From positions 206,221 to 270,220 of the forward strand of contig JAKQKX010000016.1 of the NCBI GenBank assembly GCA_029560465.1: a stretch of 64,000 nt of DNA, read 5' to 3'. The position numbers and the translations under genes were made by a program. The notes below the pieces were generated by a model. It did no database searches. It saw only the letters and a list, made by a program, of their open reading frames with translations, and had not been told where the DNA came from. Below, piece by piece: positions 56,027 to 64,000 of this stretch (positions are counted from its first letter, which is position 1; every line of letters begins with the position of its first letter). This DNA is from Candidatus Omnitrophota bacterium. Its GTDB lineage: Bacteria > Omnitrophota > Gorgyraeia > Zapsychrales > JANLHA01.

Positions 56027-57148
56027 ATGGCGCAGCAGATAAAAAAAGTATTGGTCGTTAATATATTCGGCATCGGGGACGTGTTATTCACAACCCCGCT
56101 GTTGCGCAATATAAAGAATACCTATCCGGGCTGCTCGGTCATTTATGTGGCCAACCGGCGGGCGGCGGAAGCGCTTGAGCGCAACCCTTGCGTTGACCGG
56201 GTTATCATTTATGAGCGGAGTGATTTTGTCGCCGCTTTAAAGAAATCCCGGCGGCGGTACTGGTTGAAAATCGTTTCTTTTGTCCGGTCCATCCGCAACG
56301 AACAATGCGATATCGCCTTTGATCTGTCTTTAAACAGCGGCATCAATTTTTTGTTGTGGTGCTGCGGCATAAAAAATATCGTTGGCTATAAATATAGGAA
56401 CCGGAGTTTTTTCTTAAACCAGGCTATCCCGTTGTCGGGGTACGAGGACCGCCACGTCGTGGAGTATTACCTTGCCTTGGGAGAGGCCGCCGGCTTGAAA
56501 GGCGCGTCCCGGCATATGGAGTTGCCGTTCGCGTTTGAGGACCGGGCATGGGTGGAAGCGTGTTTTAAGAAAGAGGGGGTCCGGGGAGACGGCCCGGTTA
56601 TCGCGTTTTTCCCAGGCGGGGGCGCGTCCTGGGGCAAGGACGCCCGGTTCAAGCAGTGGCCCGTGGCTTCGTATGCCGGACTGATCAATAAAGTGATTGA
56701 AAAATTTTCAGCGAAGGTTATACTGTTGGGTGACCAGAAAGACCGGAGCTTGTCTCAGGGGCTCGCGCGGTCTGTTGCCGGGCCAGTCATCAATTTATGC
56801 GGGGACACGACCCTTTTGCAGATTGCGGCTTTGTTGACGCGCTGTGACGTCGCGGTGATGAATGATGGCGGGCCGCTGCATGTAGCGGTGGCTTCCGGCG
56901 TTCGAACCGTGTCAATTTTCGGCCCGGTGAATGAAATCGTGTATGGCCCTTACCCGAGGGAAGGGCATGAGGTCGTCACTTCTGCTATGATGTGCCGGCC
57001 GTGTTACCGGTATTTCCGCAGGGCGGAGTGCGCGCATGTGAGTTGTTTGAACCGCGTCACTCCGGAAGACGTGTTTGAAAAAATTGAAGTTATTTTATCA
57101 ACCCAGGGCAAAATCAAAGCCGGCGATAAAAACCGGGGGCAGGCATGA
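56027..57148 (+). CDS. Glycosyltransferase family 9 (LPS heptosyltransferase-like)
   Basis: KVLVVNIFGIGDVLFTTPLLRNIK N-terminus and GDTTLLQIAAL...NDGGPLH GT9 motifs. Confidence 0.75.
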   Translation: MAQQIKKVLVVNIFGIGDVLFTTPLLRNIKNTYPGCSVIYVANRRAAEALERNPCVDRVIIYERSDFVAALKKSRRRYWLKIVSFVRSIRNEQCDIAFDLSLNSGINFLLWCCGIKNIVGYKYRNRSFFLNQAIPLSGYEDRHVVEYYLALGEAAGLKGASRHMELPFAFEDRAWVEACFKKEGVRGDGPVIAFFPGGGASWGKDARFKQWPVASYAGLINKVIEKFSAKVILLGDQKDRSLSQGLARSVAGPVINLCGDTTLLQIAALLTRCDVAVMNDGGPLHVAVASGVRTVSIFGPVNEIVYGPYPREGHEVVTSAMMCRPCYRYFRRAECAHVSCLNRVTPEDVFEKIEVILSTQGKIKAGDKNRGQA

Positions 57149-57206
57149 GTCGCCGGGTGTCCTTGGGGTTGGCCGGTCAGCTTTATTTATATTAGAGAAA
57201 GGCAGG

Positions 57207-58316
57207 ATGTCCATGAAGGTACCGTTTATCGATTTTTCCGGTCAGTATGAAGCGATTCAGGATGAGATCGAGGTGAATCTTAAGGCTGTGTTCCGGAAAG
57301 GAAATTTTATCCTGGGGCAGGAAGAAAAGCAGTTTGAGGAAGCCTTCGCCTGTTATTGCGGGGCACGATATGCGGTCGGGGTGAACTCCGGAACAGATGC
57401 GTTGTTCCTTGCTTTGGCGTCCCTGGACATTGGCGGCGGTGACGAAGTCATCCTGCCCACGCACACGTTTATCGCGACGGCGTTGTGTGTTTCTTATACT
57501 GGCGCGACCCCGGTTTTTGTTGATATTGACGAAACAACTTATAACATGAGTGTCGCGTCTTTGCAGGGCGCGATCACCAAGAGGACGAAGGCGATTATCC
57601 CGGTGCATCTTTATGGGCAGGCCGCGGACATGGATGAAATCAAAGCGATGGCCCGCCCCCAGGGCATTCAAGTCGTGGAGGACGCGGCCCAGGCCCACGG
57701 CGCTGTTTATAAAGGACAGAAGGTGGGGTCTCTGTCTGACCTGGCCTGTTTCAGTTTTTACCCGACAAAAAGCCTCGGCGCCTTCGGAGACGGAGGCATT
57801 GTGGTGACGAATAACGAGTCTTGCTATAAGAAAATTCTTATGTTGCGGGATTACGGCCGGGAGGGCCGGTATGAGCACAAAATCAAAGGGTATAATTCCC
57901 GGCTGGATACTGTCCAGGCCGTCGTCCTAGCCGCGAAACTCAAATTTTTGGATGAATGGAACCGGAAGCGCAATACGGTCGCGGCGTGGTATGGGAATCA
58001 CCTCAAGGACGTGCCGGGCGTGGTGCTGCCGCGGACGCTCCCTGACCGGACGCATATCTTTCAAACTTTCGCGGTCAGGATTAAAAACCGGGATGCGGTT
58101 TTGGAAGAGTTGCAGAAGAAGGGCGTTGGGGTTTTGATCCATTACCCGATTCCGGTCCATCTGCAGGAAGCTTATGCGGATGCCGGATATCAAAGAGGGG
58201 ATTTGCCGGCCGCCGAACGCGTCGCGGACGAGATTTTATCCCTTCCGATGTTCCCTCATATGTCGGAAGAACAGGTGGAATATGTCTGCCAGTCTTTGAA
58301 GGACGTGATGAGATAA
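57207..58316 (+). CDS. DegT/DnrJ/EryC1/StrS-family PLP-dependent sugar aminotransferase
   Basis: FIDFSGQYEAIQ, GVNSGTDALFLAL, SFYPTKSLGAFGDGG (Lys). The start is taken at MSMKVPFIDF, because the tracked 57075 start overlaps the GT9 gene. Confidence 0.75.
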   Translation: MSMKVPFIDFSGQYEAIQDEIEVNLKAVFRKGNFILGQEEKQFEEAFACYCGARYAVGVNSGTDALFLALASLDIGGGDEVILPTHTFIATALCVSYTGATPVFVDIDETTYNMSVASLQGAITKRTKAIIPVHLYGQAADMDEIKAMARPQGIQVVEDAAQAHGAVYKGQKVGSLSDLACFSFYPTKSLGAFGDGGIVVTNNESCYKKILMLRDYGREGRYEHKIKGYNSRLDTVQAVVLAAKLKFLDEWNRKRNTVAAWYGNHLKDVPGVVLPRTLPDRTHIFQTFAVRIKNRDAVLEELQKKGVGVLIHYPIPVHLQEAYADAGYQRGDLPAAERVADEILSLPMFPHMSEEQVEYVCQSLKDVMR

Positions 58317-58579
58317 ATATTTTATGAGGTGAACTTAACCATCCGCCGCCTTTTGTAGAGGACCTGTCTCTAGGGAAAATTTTTTCCCTGTTGGATTGTT
58401 TTCCCTTCTGGAATTTTTTGTGGTTTTGGCAGCAGTATTTAAAGAATATCGTGTCTGATATCCCGCCGCAAGCCCATTTTCTTTTGATTGTCCCTGCTTG
58501 ATCTTCAGAGTAAAAAAAACGCTATTTGCATTGATTCTCACCCTGCCGTTTTGTATACTTATACAGTGATTTTAACAAA

Positions 58580-59356
58580 ATGGCCAAAATCCCGCTAACA
58601 GTTGTTATTCTTGCCAAGAATGAGGAAGCCGTTATTGGCGCCTGTTGTGAAAGCGTTTTTGGCTGGGTTGATGAAATTCTTGTTGTGGACGATACCAGCT
58701 CCGACCACACGGTTGATATTGTAAAACGTTATACAAGTCGGGTTTATACCCAGGCCATGTTGAACGAAGGGCGGCACCGAAACTGGGGGTATGCCTTGGC
58801 TCAAAACGATTGGGTTTTGAGCCTTGATGCCGATGAGCGGGTTTCTGAGGGGCTCCGGGACGAGATGTGTTCGGGGCTTTTTAAAACCGGCACTGAAAAA
58901 GCCTGGGCCATCCCGATTAAAACTTATATTGGTGACTATTGGGTCCGTTACGCTGGCTGGTATCCGGCCAGTAAGATTCGGCTTTTTGATAAGAATTTCT
59001 TCCGTTATGAAGAAGCGGAAGTGCATCCCAGGGCTTTTGTGGATGGGCCGGTCGGGGAACTGCGGCAGGCGATTGTTCATCTGGGATATCCTGATTTTGA
59101 ACATTTTTTGGCCAGTTTGAACCGCCAGACGACATTAGAAGCACGGAAATGGGCCCGGACGGGGGTCAATATGCCTTTGGGCCGTGCAGTTCGCCGCACG
59201 CTGGACCGTTTTATGAGGTCCTATTTCCGGAAAAGAGGCTATAAAGACGGGTTTATGGGATTTATGGTGGCGTTTTTTGCCGCATTATATCAGTTGATGA
59301 GTTATGCCAAATATTGGCAAATAAAGAAAAATGAAATAAATCATGAAAGGTTATGA
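58580..59356 (+). CDS. Glycosyltransferase family 2 (LPS-core-type)
   Basis: LTVVILAKNEE...DEILVVDDTSSDHT, DxD-type GT-A. Confidence 0.7.
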   Translation: MAKIPLTVVILAKNEEAVIGACCESVFGWVDEILVVDDTSSDHTVDIVKRYTSRVYTQAMLNEGRHRNWGYALAQNDWVLSLDADERVSEGLRDEMCSGLFKTGTEKAWAIPIKTYIGDYWVRYAGWYPASKIRLFDKNFFRYEEAEVHPRAFVDGPVGELRQAIVHLGYPDFEHFLASLNRQTTLEARKWARTGVNMPLGRAVRRTLDRFMRSYFRKRGYKDGFMGFMVAFFAALYQLMSYAKYWQIKKNEINHERL

Positions 59357-60021
59357 TGGAAAGTAAAGGGCAGCCAGTGTCTGAACGAGAACTTAAGATC
59401 GTATTTTTGGACCGTGACGGGGTGATTAACGTCTTTCCAGGGCATGGGAAATATGTGACCAAGGTCAAAGATTTCCATTTTTTGCCCCGGGCCCTGGATG
59501 CGATGAAATTGCTCTCGGATGCGGGGTACACCATCTTTGTGGTTTCCAACCAGGCCGGGGTCGGCCGGGGTGTGTTTTCCCAGGATAAATTAAACCGCAT
59601 CACTCGTAAAATGATGGCGGGCGTGGAAAAGGCGGGGGCCCGGATCAAGAAAGTGTATTATTGCACGCACCGTCCGGATGCGGGTTGCAGTTGCCGCAAA
59701 CCCGATATCGGTTCGGTTCGCCGTGCGCTGAAATCGGTTGAAAAAACGCTGGATTCCGCACGTAAAACATATTTTGTCGGGGATACCAAACAGGATATTG
59801 AAACCGGTTATAATGCCGGGTGCAAAACAGTTTTTGTCCTTTCCGGGCGGGAGAACCGGCGCTATATGAATGGCTGGATCGTTAAGCCTGATTATATTGT
59901 AAAAGACCTTTATGACGCGGCCAAAATCATTTGCGGTCAAAACGGTTTTCAGAAACCGGCGAAACCCGTGAAAACGGCTTGCCCTGCTCCCAACAAGTCG
60001 GGTACAGTAAAAAGAAAATAA
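59353..60021 (+). CDS. gmhB: D-glycero-D-manno-heptose 1,7-bisphosphate phosphatase
   Basis: HAD-IIIA DRDGVIN, zinc motif C.H....GC.CRKP, GDT.QD. Confidence 0.8.
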   Translation: MMESKGQPVSERELKIVFLDRDGVINVFPGHGKYVTKVKDFHFLPRALDAMKLLSDAGYTIFVVSNQAGVGRGVFSQDKLNRITRKMMAGVEKAGARIKKVYYCTHRPDAGCSCRKPDIGSVRRALKSVEKTLDSARKTYFVGDTKQDIETGYNAGCKTVFVLSGRENRRYMNGWIVKPDYIVKDLYDAAKIICGQNGFQKPAKPVKTACPAPNKSGTVKRK

Positions 60022-60058
60022 ACATTTTCCCGTTATCAACAAGGCGTTTTCATAACGT

Positions 60059-61138
60059 ATGAAAATTCTGGTGATTTACGCTACGGCCGGGGCTGGGCAT
60101 CGAAAAGCCGCTGAGGCCATTTCTAAGGGGTTTGTGCTTTCCTCTCACCAGGTTCATTACGTTGACGCGCTGGATTATACCAGCCGTTTTTATAAACATA
60201 TTTACACCCAGACATACACGTTCTTAATCAGCCGGATCCCCTGGCTGTGGGGATTATTGTTTCGCCTTTTGGATATCCCGGCCCTTTTGCCCCTGGTCAG
60301 GAGTCTCCGCCGTATTCAGAACGCGATTCATGCCGGGCCATTAGCCCGGTTTCTTGTCCGGGAGCAGTTTGACTGCATCTTTTCCACCCATTTTTTCCCC
60401 TGCGAGGTGGCGAGTTATTTGAAAAGGCAGGGGCGGATCTCGTCCCGGCTTATCTGCACCGTCACGGATTATGATGTCCACTCGATTTGGGTCAGCCGGG
60501 GAGTCGATTATTACACGGTCGCGACAGACTGGACCAAACGGAAAATGCAGCATCTCGGAGTTCCAGACTCGCTGATTGCGGTGACAGGGATTCCGACAGA
60601 TGAGAAATTTTCTCAGCACAAAAATCTGGGCGCGCTCCGGACGCGGCTGGGGTTGCAGCCCGGGGAGACGACGGTGCTGATTGCCACGGGATCGTTCGGG
60701 ATCGGCCCTATTGAAGAAATTATCAATCAGTTGAACGGGTTTCAGCTGGTGGTCGTCTGCGGTCATAATAAAAGCCTTTACCAGAAATTGAGTCAGCAGA
60801 AAAAAACGCTTGTCAAAGTGTGCGGGCTGGTTGACAATATGGATGAATTGATGGCGGCTTCTGATGTTATGGTGACCAAGCCGGGAGGTTTGTCGATCTC
60901 AGAGGCCTTGGTCACTGGCCTGCCACTTGTTTTCTTTAACGCGATCCCGGGCCAGGAAACCAATAACATCAAGGTCCTTGAAACATACGGGATTGGCCGG
61001 CTCTGCGTGACCGTTGACCAGATTGCGCAAACCCTCCGTGGATTCAAAAATGACCCCCAAGCATTGAGCGCCGCAAAGTCCCGGGTTCAGTTGCTGGCGA
61101 GGCCAGGGGCGGTCAAAGACATTATTAAGCTTTTGTAA
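60059..61138 (+). CDS. MGDG-synthase-family glycosyltransferase (GT28, UgtP/MurG-like)
   Basis: KILVIYATAGAGHRKAAEAI N-terminus, GT-B C-domain. Confidence 0.65.
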   Translation: MKILVIYATAGAGHRKAAEAISKGFVLSSHQVHYVDALDYTSRFYKHIYTQTYTFLISRIPWLWGLLFRLLDIPALLPLVRSLRRIQNAIHAGPLARFLVREQFDCIFSTHFFPCEVASYLKRQGRISSRLICTVTDYDVHSIWVSRGVDYYTVATDWTKRKMQHLGVPDSLIAVTGIPTDEKFSQHKNLGALRTRLGLQPGETTVLIATGSFGIGPIEEIINQLNGFQLVVVCGHNKSLYQKLSQQKKTLVKVCGLVDNMDELMAASDVMVTKPGGLSISEALVTGLPLVFFNAIPGQETNNIKVLETYGIGRLCVTVDQIAQTLRGFKNDPQALSAAKSRVQLLARPGAVKDIIKLL

Positions 61139-61220
61139 ATGAAATTCAAAAAAACGGTTTGACCTTCTGTGCCTTTGCAAAGGCTGTCCTTTCAAGAGGC
61201 TTGGAGAAGAGTTTAAGGTT

Positions 61221-63074
61221 ATGCCCCGAACTATTGCTGAAATTGTTGTCCCTCTTCCGATTGAAGGGCCTTTTGATTATGCGGTCAGCCCGGAGATGGC
61301 GGAAAGCATCGCGGAAGGGCAAAGGGTTTATGTCCCTTTCGGGAACCGGTCGCTTGTGGGGTTTGTGGTGGGGTTTAAGACGCAGAGCGTGTCAAAAGTT
61401 TTAAAGCCGATAAGCCAGGTTCTTGATATAATTCCGTCTTTGGATCAGAACGCCATGACTTTGGCCAGGGATTTTTCCTGTTATTATGGTTGTTCTTTAG
61501 GGGAAGCGATTGAGACAATCCTGCCCGCCGCCTTGCGTAAGAAGGTGCGGTGGGACGGCGGGGTGGCTGCTCCAGTTCCTTTTTCTTTAAAAAAACAAGA
61601 ATCCCCCCGGCATGTTGTGTGCCAGGAGTTCCTGGATGAGCGCGGTTGGGGCTGGCTTTGTGAACGGATAGGCCCGGCCTTGAAGGACGGGCGGGGGGTT
61701 CTTGTTTTGGCGCCGGAAGTGTTACAAGCGCAAAAAATTAAGCTCCGGCTTGAGAAAGATTTCAGGGCAGAGGTTGTGTTGCTGGGCCGTCGGCTTCCCG
61801 CCAAAACAGAGCTGGAAGTGTGGGCCAAGGTCAAGAGCGGGGAAAAAAAGTTTGTGGTGGGGACCCGGTCAGCGGTTTTTTCCCCGGTGCAGAACTTGGG
61901 GTTGATTGTGGTTATTGAGGAAGAGAACCGTTCTTTCAAACAGGAACAGACCCCATTTTATCACGCACGGGATATTGTCATGATGCGGGCCCGTATTGAA
62001 GGGGCGCAAGCCGTTTTCAGCTCCTGTGCGCCTTCGGCGGAATTGATGCATGAGGCGCGGTGCCGGGATTTTGAAAGAATATCCCTTCTGCCGGATTTCC
62101 AAGGCCGGATGCAGATTATTGATTTGTCTAATTACAGGCCGAACCGGAAAAGGATCCTTTCTTATCCGGTGCAAACCCGTATTCAGGAGGTTTTAAAGGA
62201 GCGGGGTCGCCTGTTGCTTTATTATAACCGTTTGGGTTTTTACACCGCCACCCGGTGTGGTGGTTGCGGAGAGGCTTTTCGTTGCCAGCGGTGCGACATT
62301 GTTGTCCCATATCTTTTTGAGCGCAAGAGCATGGTTTGCCCGTTATGTGGCTGGACAGCGCCTCTTCCGGATGTCTGCCCGCAGTGTCAGGGGAAATACC
62401 TGCGGTCCTGGGGCATTGGGCATGAGAAAGTCGAAAGTGAATGCGCCAGAATTTTCCCGGAGGCCCGGATCGTGCGGGTGGACAAGGACACAAACCGGAT
62501 CCCTTCAGGGGGGGATATCGTTGTTGCGACTCAGGCGGTCTGGCGTTATTTGGATGAGCTGAATTTCCATACTGTTGTTGTTCTTGACTTTGATGCTGAG
62601 TTGAGCCGTCCGGATTTCCGTTGCGGTCAACAGGCGTTTACCCTGTTGACCCGGCTGCATAAGTCTGCGGAACATCAGCTTATTGTGCAAACGCATCAGC
62701 CGGACAATTATATCCTTACTGCGGTGAGGGATGGGGATTCAGAGGCGTTTTATAAGAAAGAATTAAAACTCCGCCAGGAATCCGGGCTCCCTCCCTTTCG
62801 GCATTTGGTGGAAGTGACGTTGCGGGGTTTGATGGAAGAAGCTGTGCGGGAGCATATTCAGATTTTGTATGAAAAGCTGCGGGCCGGGCAGGAACCGGAT
62901 CTTGAAGTCTTGGCGCCCCAGCCGGATTTTCATCCGAAATTGCGGGACCAGTACCGTTTTATGATTATGCTCAAAACCTCCTCTTTGGAGAAGGCGCACG
63001 CTTTAATTCGCGGTGTTCAGAAAGCCATGAAGAGACGCAGCCGTTTGATTTTGACCGTGCAGGTCGACCCTTGA
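61221..63074 (+). CDS. priA: Primosomal protein N-prime (PriA), ATPase motifs degenerate
   Basis: N-terminal 3-prime-binding/WH region, Cys-rich zinc-binding insert (CGGCGEAFRCQRCD...CPLCGW...CPQCQ). Walker A is absent and Walker B reads VIEEEN instead of DEEH. Confidence 0.75.
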   Translation: MPRTIAEIVVPLPIEGPFDYAVSPEMAESIAEGQRVYVPFGNRSLVGFVVGFKTQSVSKVLKPISQVLDIIPSLDQNAMTLARDFSCYYGCSLGEAIETILPAALRKKVRWDGGVAAPVPFSLKKQESPRHVVCQEFLDERGWGWLCERIGPALKDGRGVLVLAPEVLQAQKIKLRLEKDFRAEVVLLGRRLPAKTELEVWAKVKSGEKKFVVGTRSAVFSPVQNLGLIVVIEEENRSFKQEQTPFYHARDIVMMRARIEGAQAVFSSCAPSAELMHEARCRDFERISLLPDFQGRMQIIDLSNYRPNRKRILSYPVQTRIQEVLKERGRLLLYYNRLGFYTATRCGGCGEAFRCQRCDIVVPYLFERKSMVCPLCGWTAPLPDVCPQCQGKYLRSWGIGHEKVESECARIFPEARIVRVDKDTNRIPSGGDIVVATQAVWRYLDELNFHTVVVLDFDAELSRPDFRCGQQAFTLLTRLHKSAEHQLIVQTHQPDNYILTAVRDGDSEAFYKKELKLRQESGLPPFRHLVEVTLRGLMEEAVREHIQILYEKLRAGQEPDLEVLAPQPDFHPKLRDQYRFMIMLKTSSLEKAHALIRGVQKAMKRRSRLILTVQVDP

Positions 63075-63093
63075 GGAGGCTTTAGGAGGGAAC

Positions 63094-64000
63094 ATGAAGA
63101 TTGTCTTTTTCGGCAGTGATGATTTTGCCGTCACGAATTTACAGGCTTTGATTCAGTCCGGGCGCCGGGTTATGGCGTGCGTGACCCCTCCGGATCCGGA
63201 AAAAGGGCGCGGGTTGCGCACCTCTTTCCCACCGGTGAAAGCGTGCGCCCTGGAACATGAAATCCCGGTCTTCCAGCCGGATAGCCTAGAAGACGGATCT
63301 TTTCTCCGGGCGATCCGGGGATTTCAGAGCGATCTTTTTGTGGTGATCGCCTACGGCAAGGTTCTACCGGAATCGCTTTTGTCCGTTCCGCGGCTTTTTT
63401 CTGTGAATGTCCATGCTTCGCTTTTGCCGAAATACCGGGGCGCGGCGCCGATCAACTGGGCGATTATCAACGGGGAACGGCAGACGGGGGTTACGGTCAT
63501 TAAATTGAGCCCCTGCATCGACGCCGGGGACATCTTGTCCCAGTCCCGGCTGGACATTGAAGACGCGGATACGGCCGTTACTTTACGCGAAAAGTTGGCC
63601 AGACTAGGGGCGGGATTATTAAATGACACGATTCAGGCGGTTCAGTCCGGGCAGGTTCAATGTGTTCCTCAGGAAAGAAAAGAGGCGACATTCGCGCCTA
63701 AATTGACCAAGCAACTCGGGAAAATTGATTGGCAGCACCCGGCGCAGCGCATTCATAACCTGGTGCGCGGCTTGCAGCCTTGGCCGTCCGCATATACTTT
63801 TTATAAAGGCAAATTGTTAAAAATTTTGGAAACGGAAGTCGTCTCTGGATCTGCCGGGACGCCGGGAACAGTCATCGGGGTTGTCCCTGCCGGTTTTATC
63901 GTTCAGACCGGGGATCAGGGCCTTTGCGTGAGGAAGGTCCACTTGGCGTCGGCCAAGGCCATGGTGGCTGAAGATTTTGTTCGCGGGCACCGGCTTGACC
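63094..64000 (+). CDS. fmt: Methionyl-tRNA formyltransferase (3-prime partial, runs off window)
   Basis: AGGAGG RBS. MKIVFFGSDDFAV, HASLLPKYRGAAPINWAIING formyltransferase core. There is no in-frame stop before the window end, which explains its absence from the ORF track. Confidence 0.85.
   Translation, partial: MKIVFFGSDDFAVTNLQALIQSGRRVMACVTPPDPEKGRGLRTSFPPVKACALEHEIPVFQPDSLEDGSFLRAIRGFQSDLFVVIAYGKVLPESLLSVPRLFSVNVHASLLPKYRGAAPINWAIINGERQTGVTVIKLSPCIDAGDILSQSRLDIEDADTAVTLREKLARLGAGLLNDTIQAVQSGQVQCVPQERKEATFAPKLTKQLGKIDWQHPAQRIHNLVRGLQPWPSAYTFYKGKLLKILETEVVSGSAGTPGTVIGVVPAGFIVQTGDQGLCVRKVHLASAKAMVAEDFVRGHRLD

Noticed and set aside
58317-58579. Small ORFs 58335-58541(-) and 58522-58710(-) and an AGGGAAAA/TTTTCCCT mini-palindrome in the gap before the GT2 gene
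   Set aside because: The ORFs have no RBS and overlap the plus-strand GT2 start. The palindrome is AT-rich and weak, so it is treated as an ordinary intergenic or promoter region.
1-64000. CRISPR arrays, tRNA/rRNA genes, IS elements, integrases, prophage genes
   Set aside because: I scanned all intergenic regions of 60 nt or more. There are no direct-repeat/spacer arrays, no cloverleaf-like G...CCA segments, and no transposase or integrase-like ORFs.

Overview
This is a 64-kb chromosomal segment from an uncharacterised diderm (outer-membrane-bearing) bacterium. Support for diderm: lptD, a GT9 heptosyltransferase, gmhB, and a SPOR-domain protein. GC is moderately high (roughly 50-60 %, variable). 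Almost every credible gene is on the + strand. Many are translationally coupled through ATGA or short overlaps.

Content in order:
- 1-2278: a 5-prime-truncated, extremely cysteine-rich tandem-repeat protein.
- 2505-10473: an accessory membrane module. It holds a GntR regulator, an ABC ATPase, polytopic membrane proteins, an HExxH membrane protein, a PrsW-like protease, a very short exosortase-like protein, and a 991-aa multi-TM/VIT/vWA protein ending in a PEP-CTERM-style tail. I flag this as a candidate XrtN-like sorting system with a new C-terminal tag.
- 10543-13565: a TPR/SPOR protein, miaA and hflX, with no hfq between them.
- 13627-23706: a contiguous heat-shock super-cluster (hspR-hsp20-clpB ... 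hrcA-grpE-dnaK-dnaJ-fmdB). It has a sigma70 promoter with a palindromic operator upstream of hspR, and a CIRCE element upstream of hrcA.
- 24044-32899: DUF1015, accD, an ABC ATPase, two tandem GGDEF cyclases, a ROK kinase and lptD.
- 32938-50014 and 54895-61138: a large envelope-glycan locus. It contains nucleotide-sugar dehydrogenases, UXS, a TPP-dependent E1 alpha/beta pair, a B12-radical SAM enzyme, GDP-heptose genes (hddA/hddC/gmhB), two DegT aminotransferases, GT2/GT4/GT9/GT28/GT-C transferases, a deacetylase and manC.
- 50798-53790: a two-gene minus-strand islet interrupting that locus. It holds a MORN-repeat lipoprotein and a membrane protein.
- 54042-54800: ttcA.
- 61221-64000: a priA with degenerate ATPase motifs, and the 5-prime part of fmt.

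I found no rRNA, tRNA, CRISPR array, transposase or integrase.
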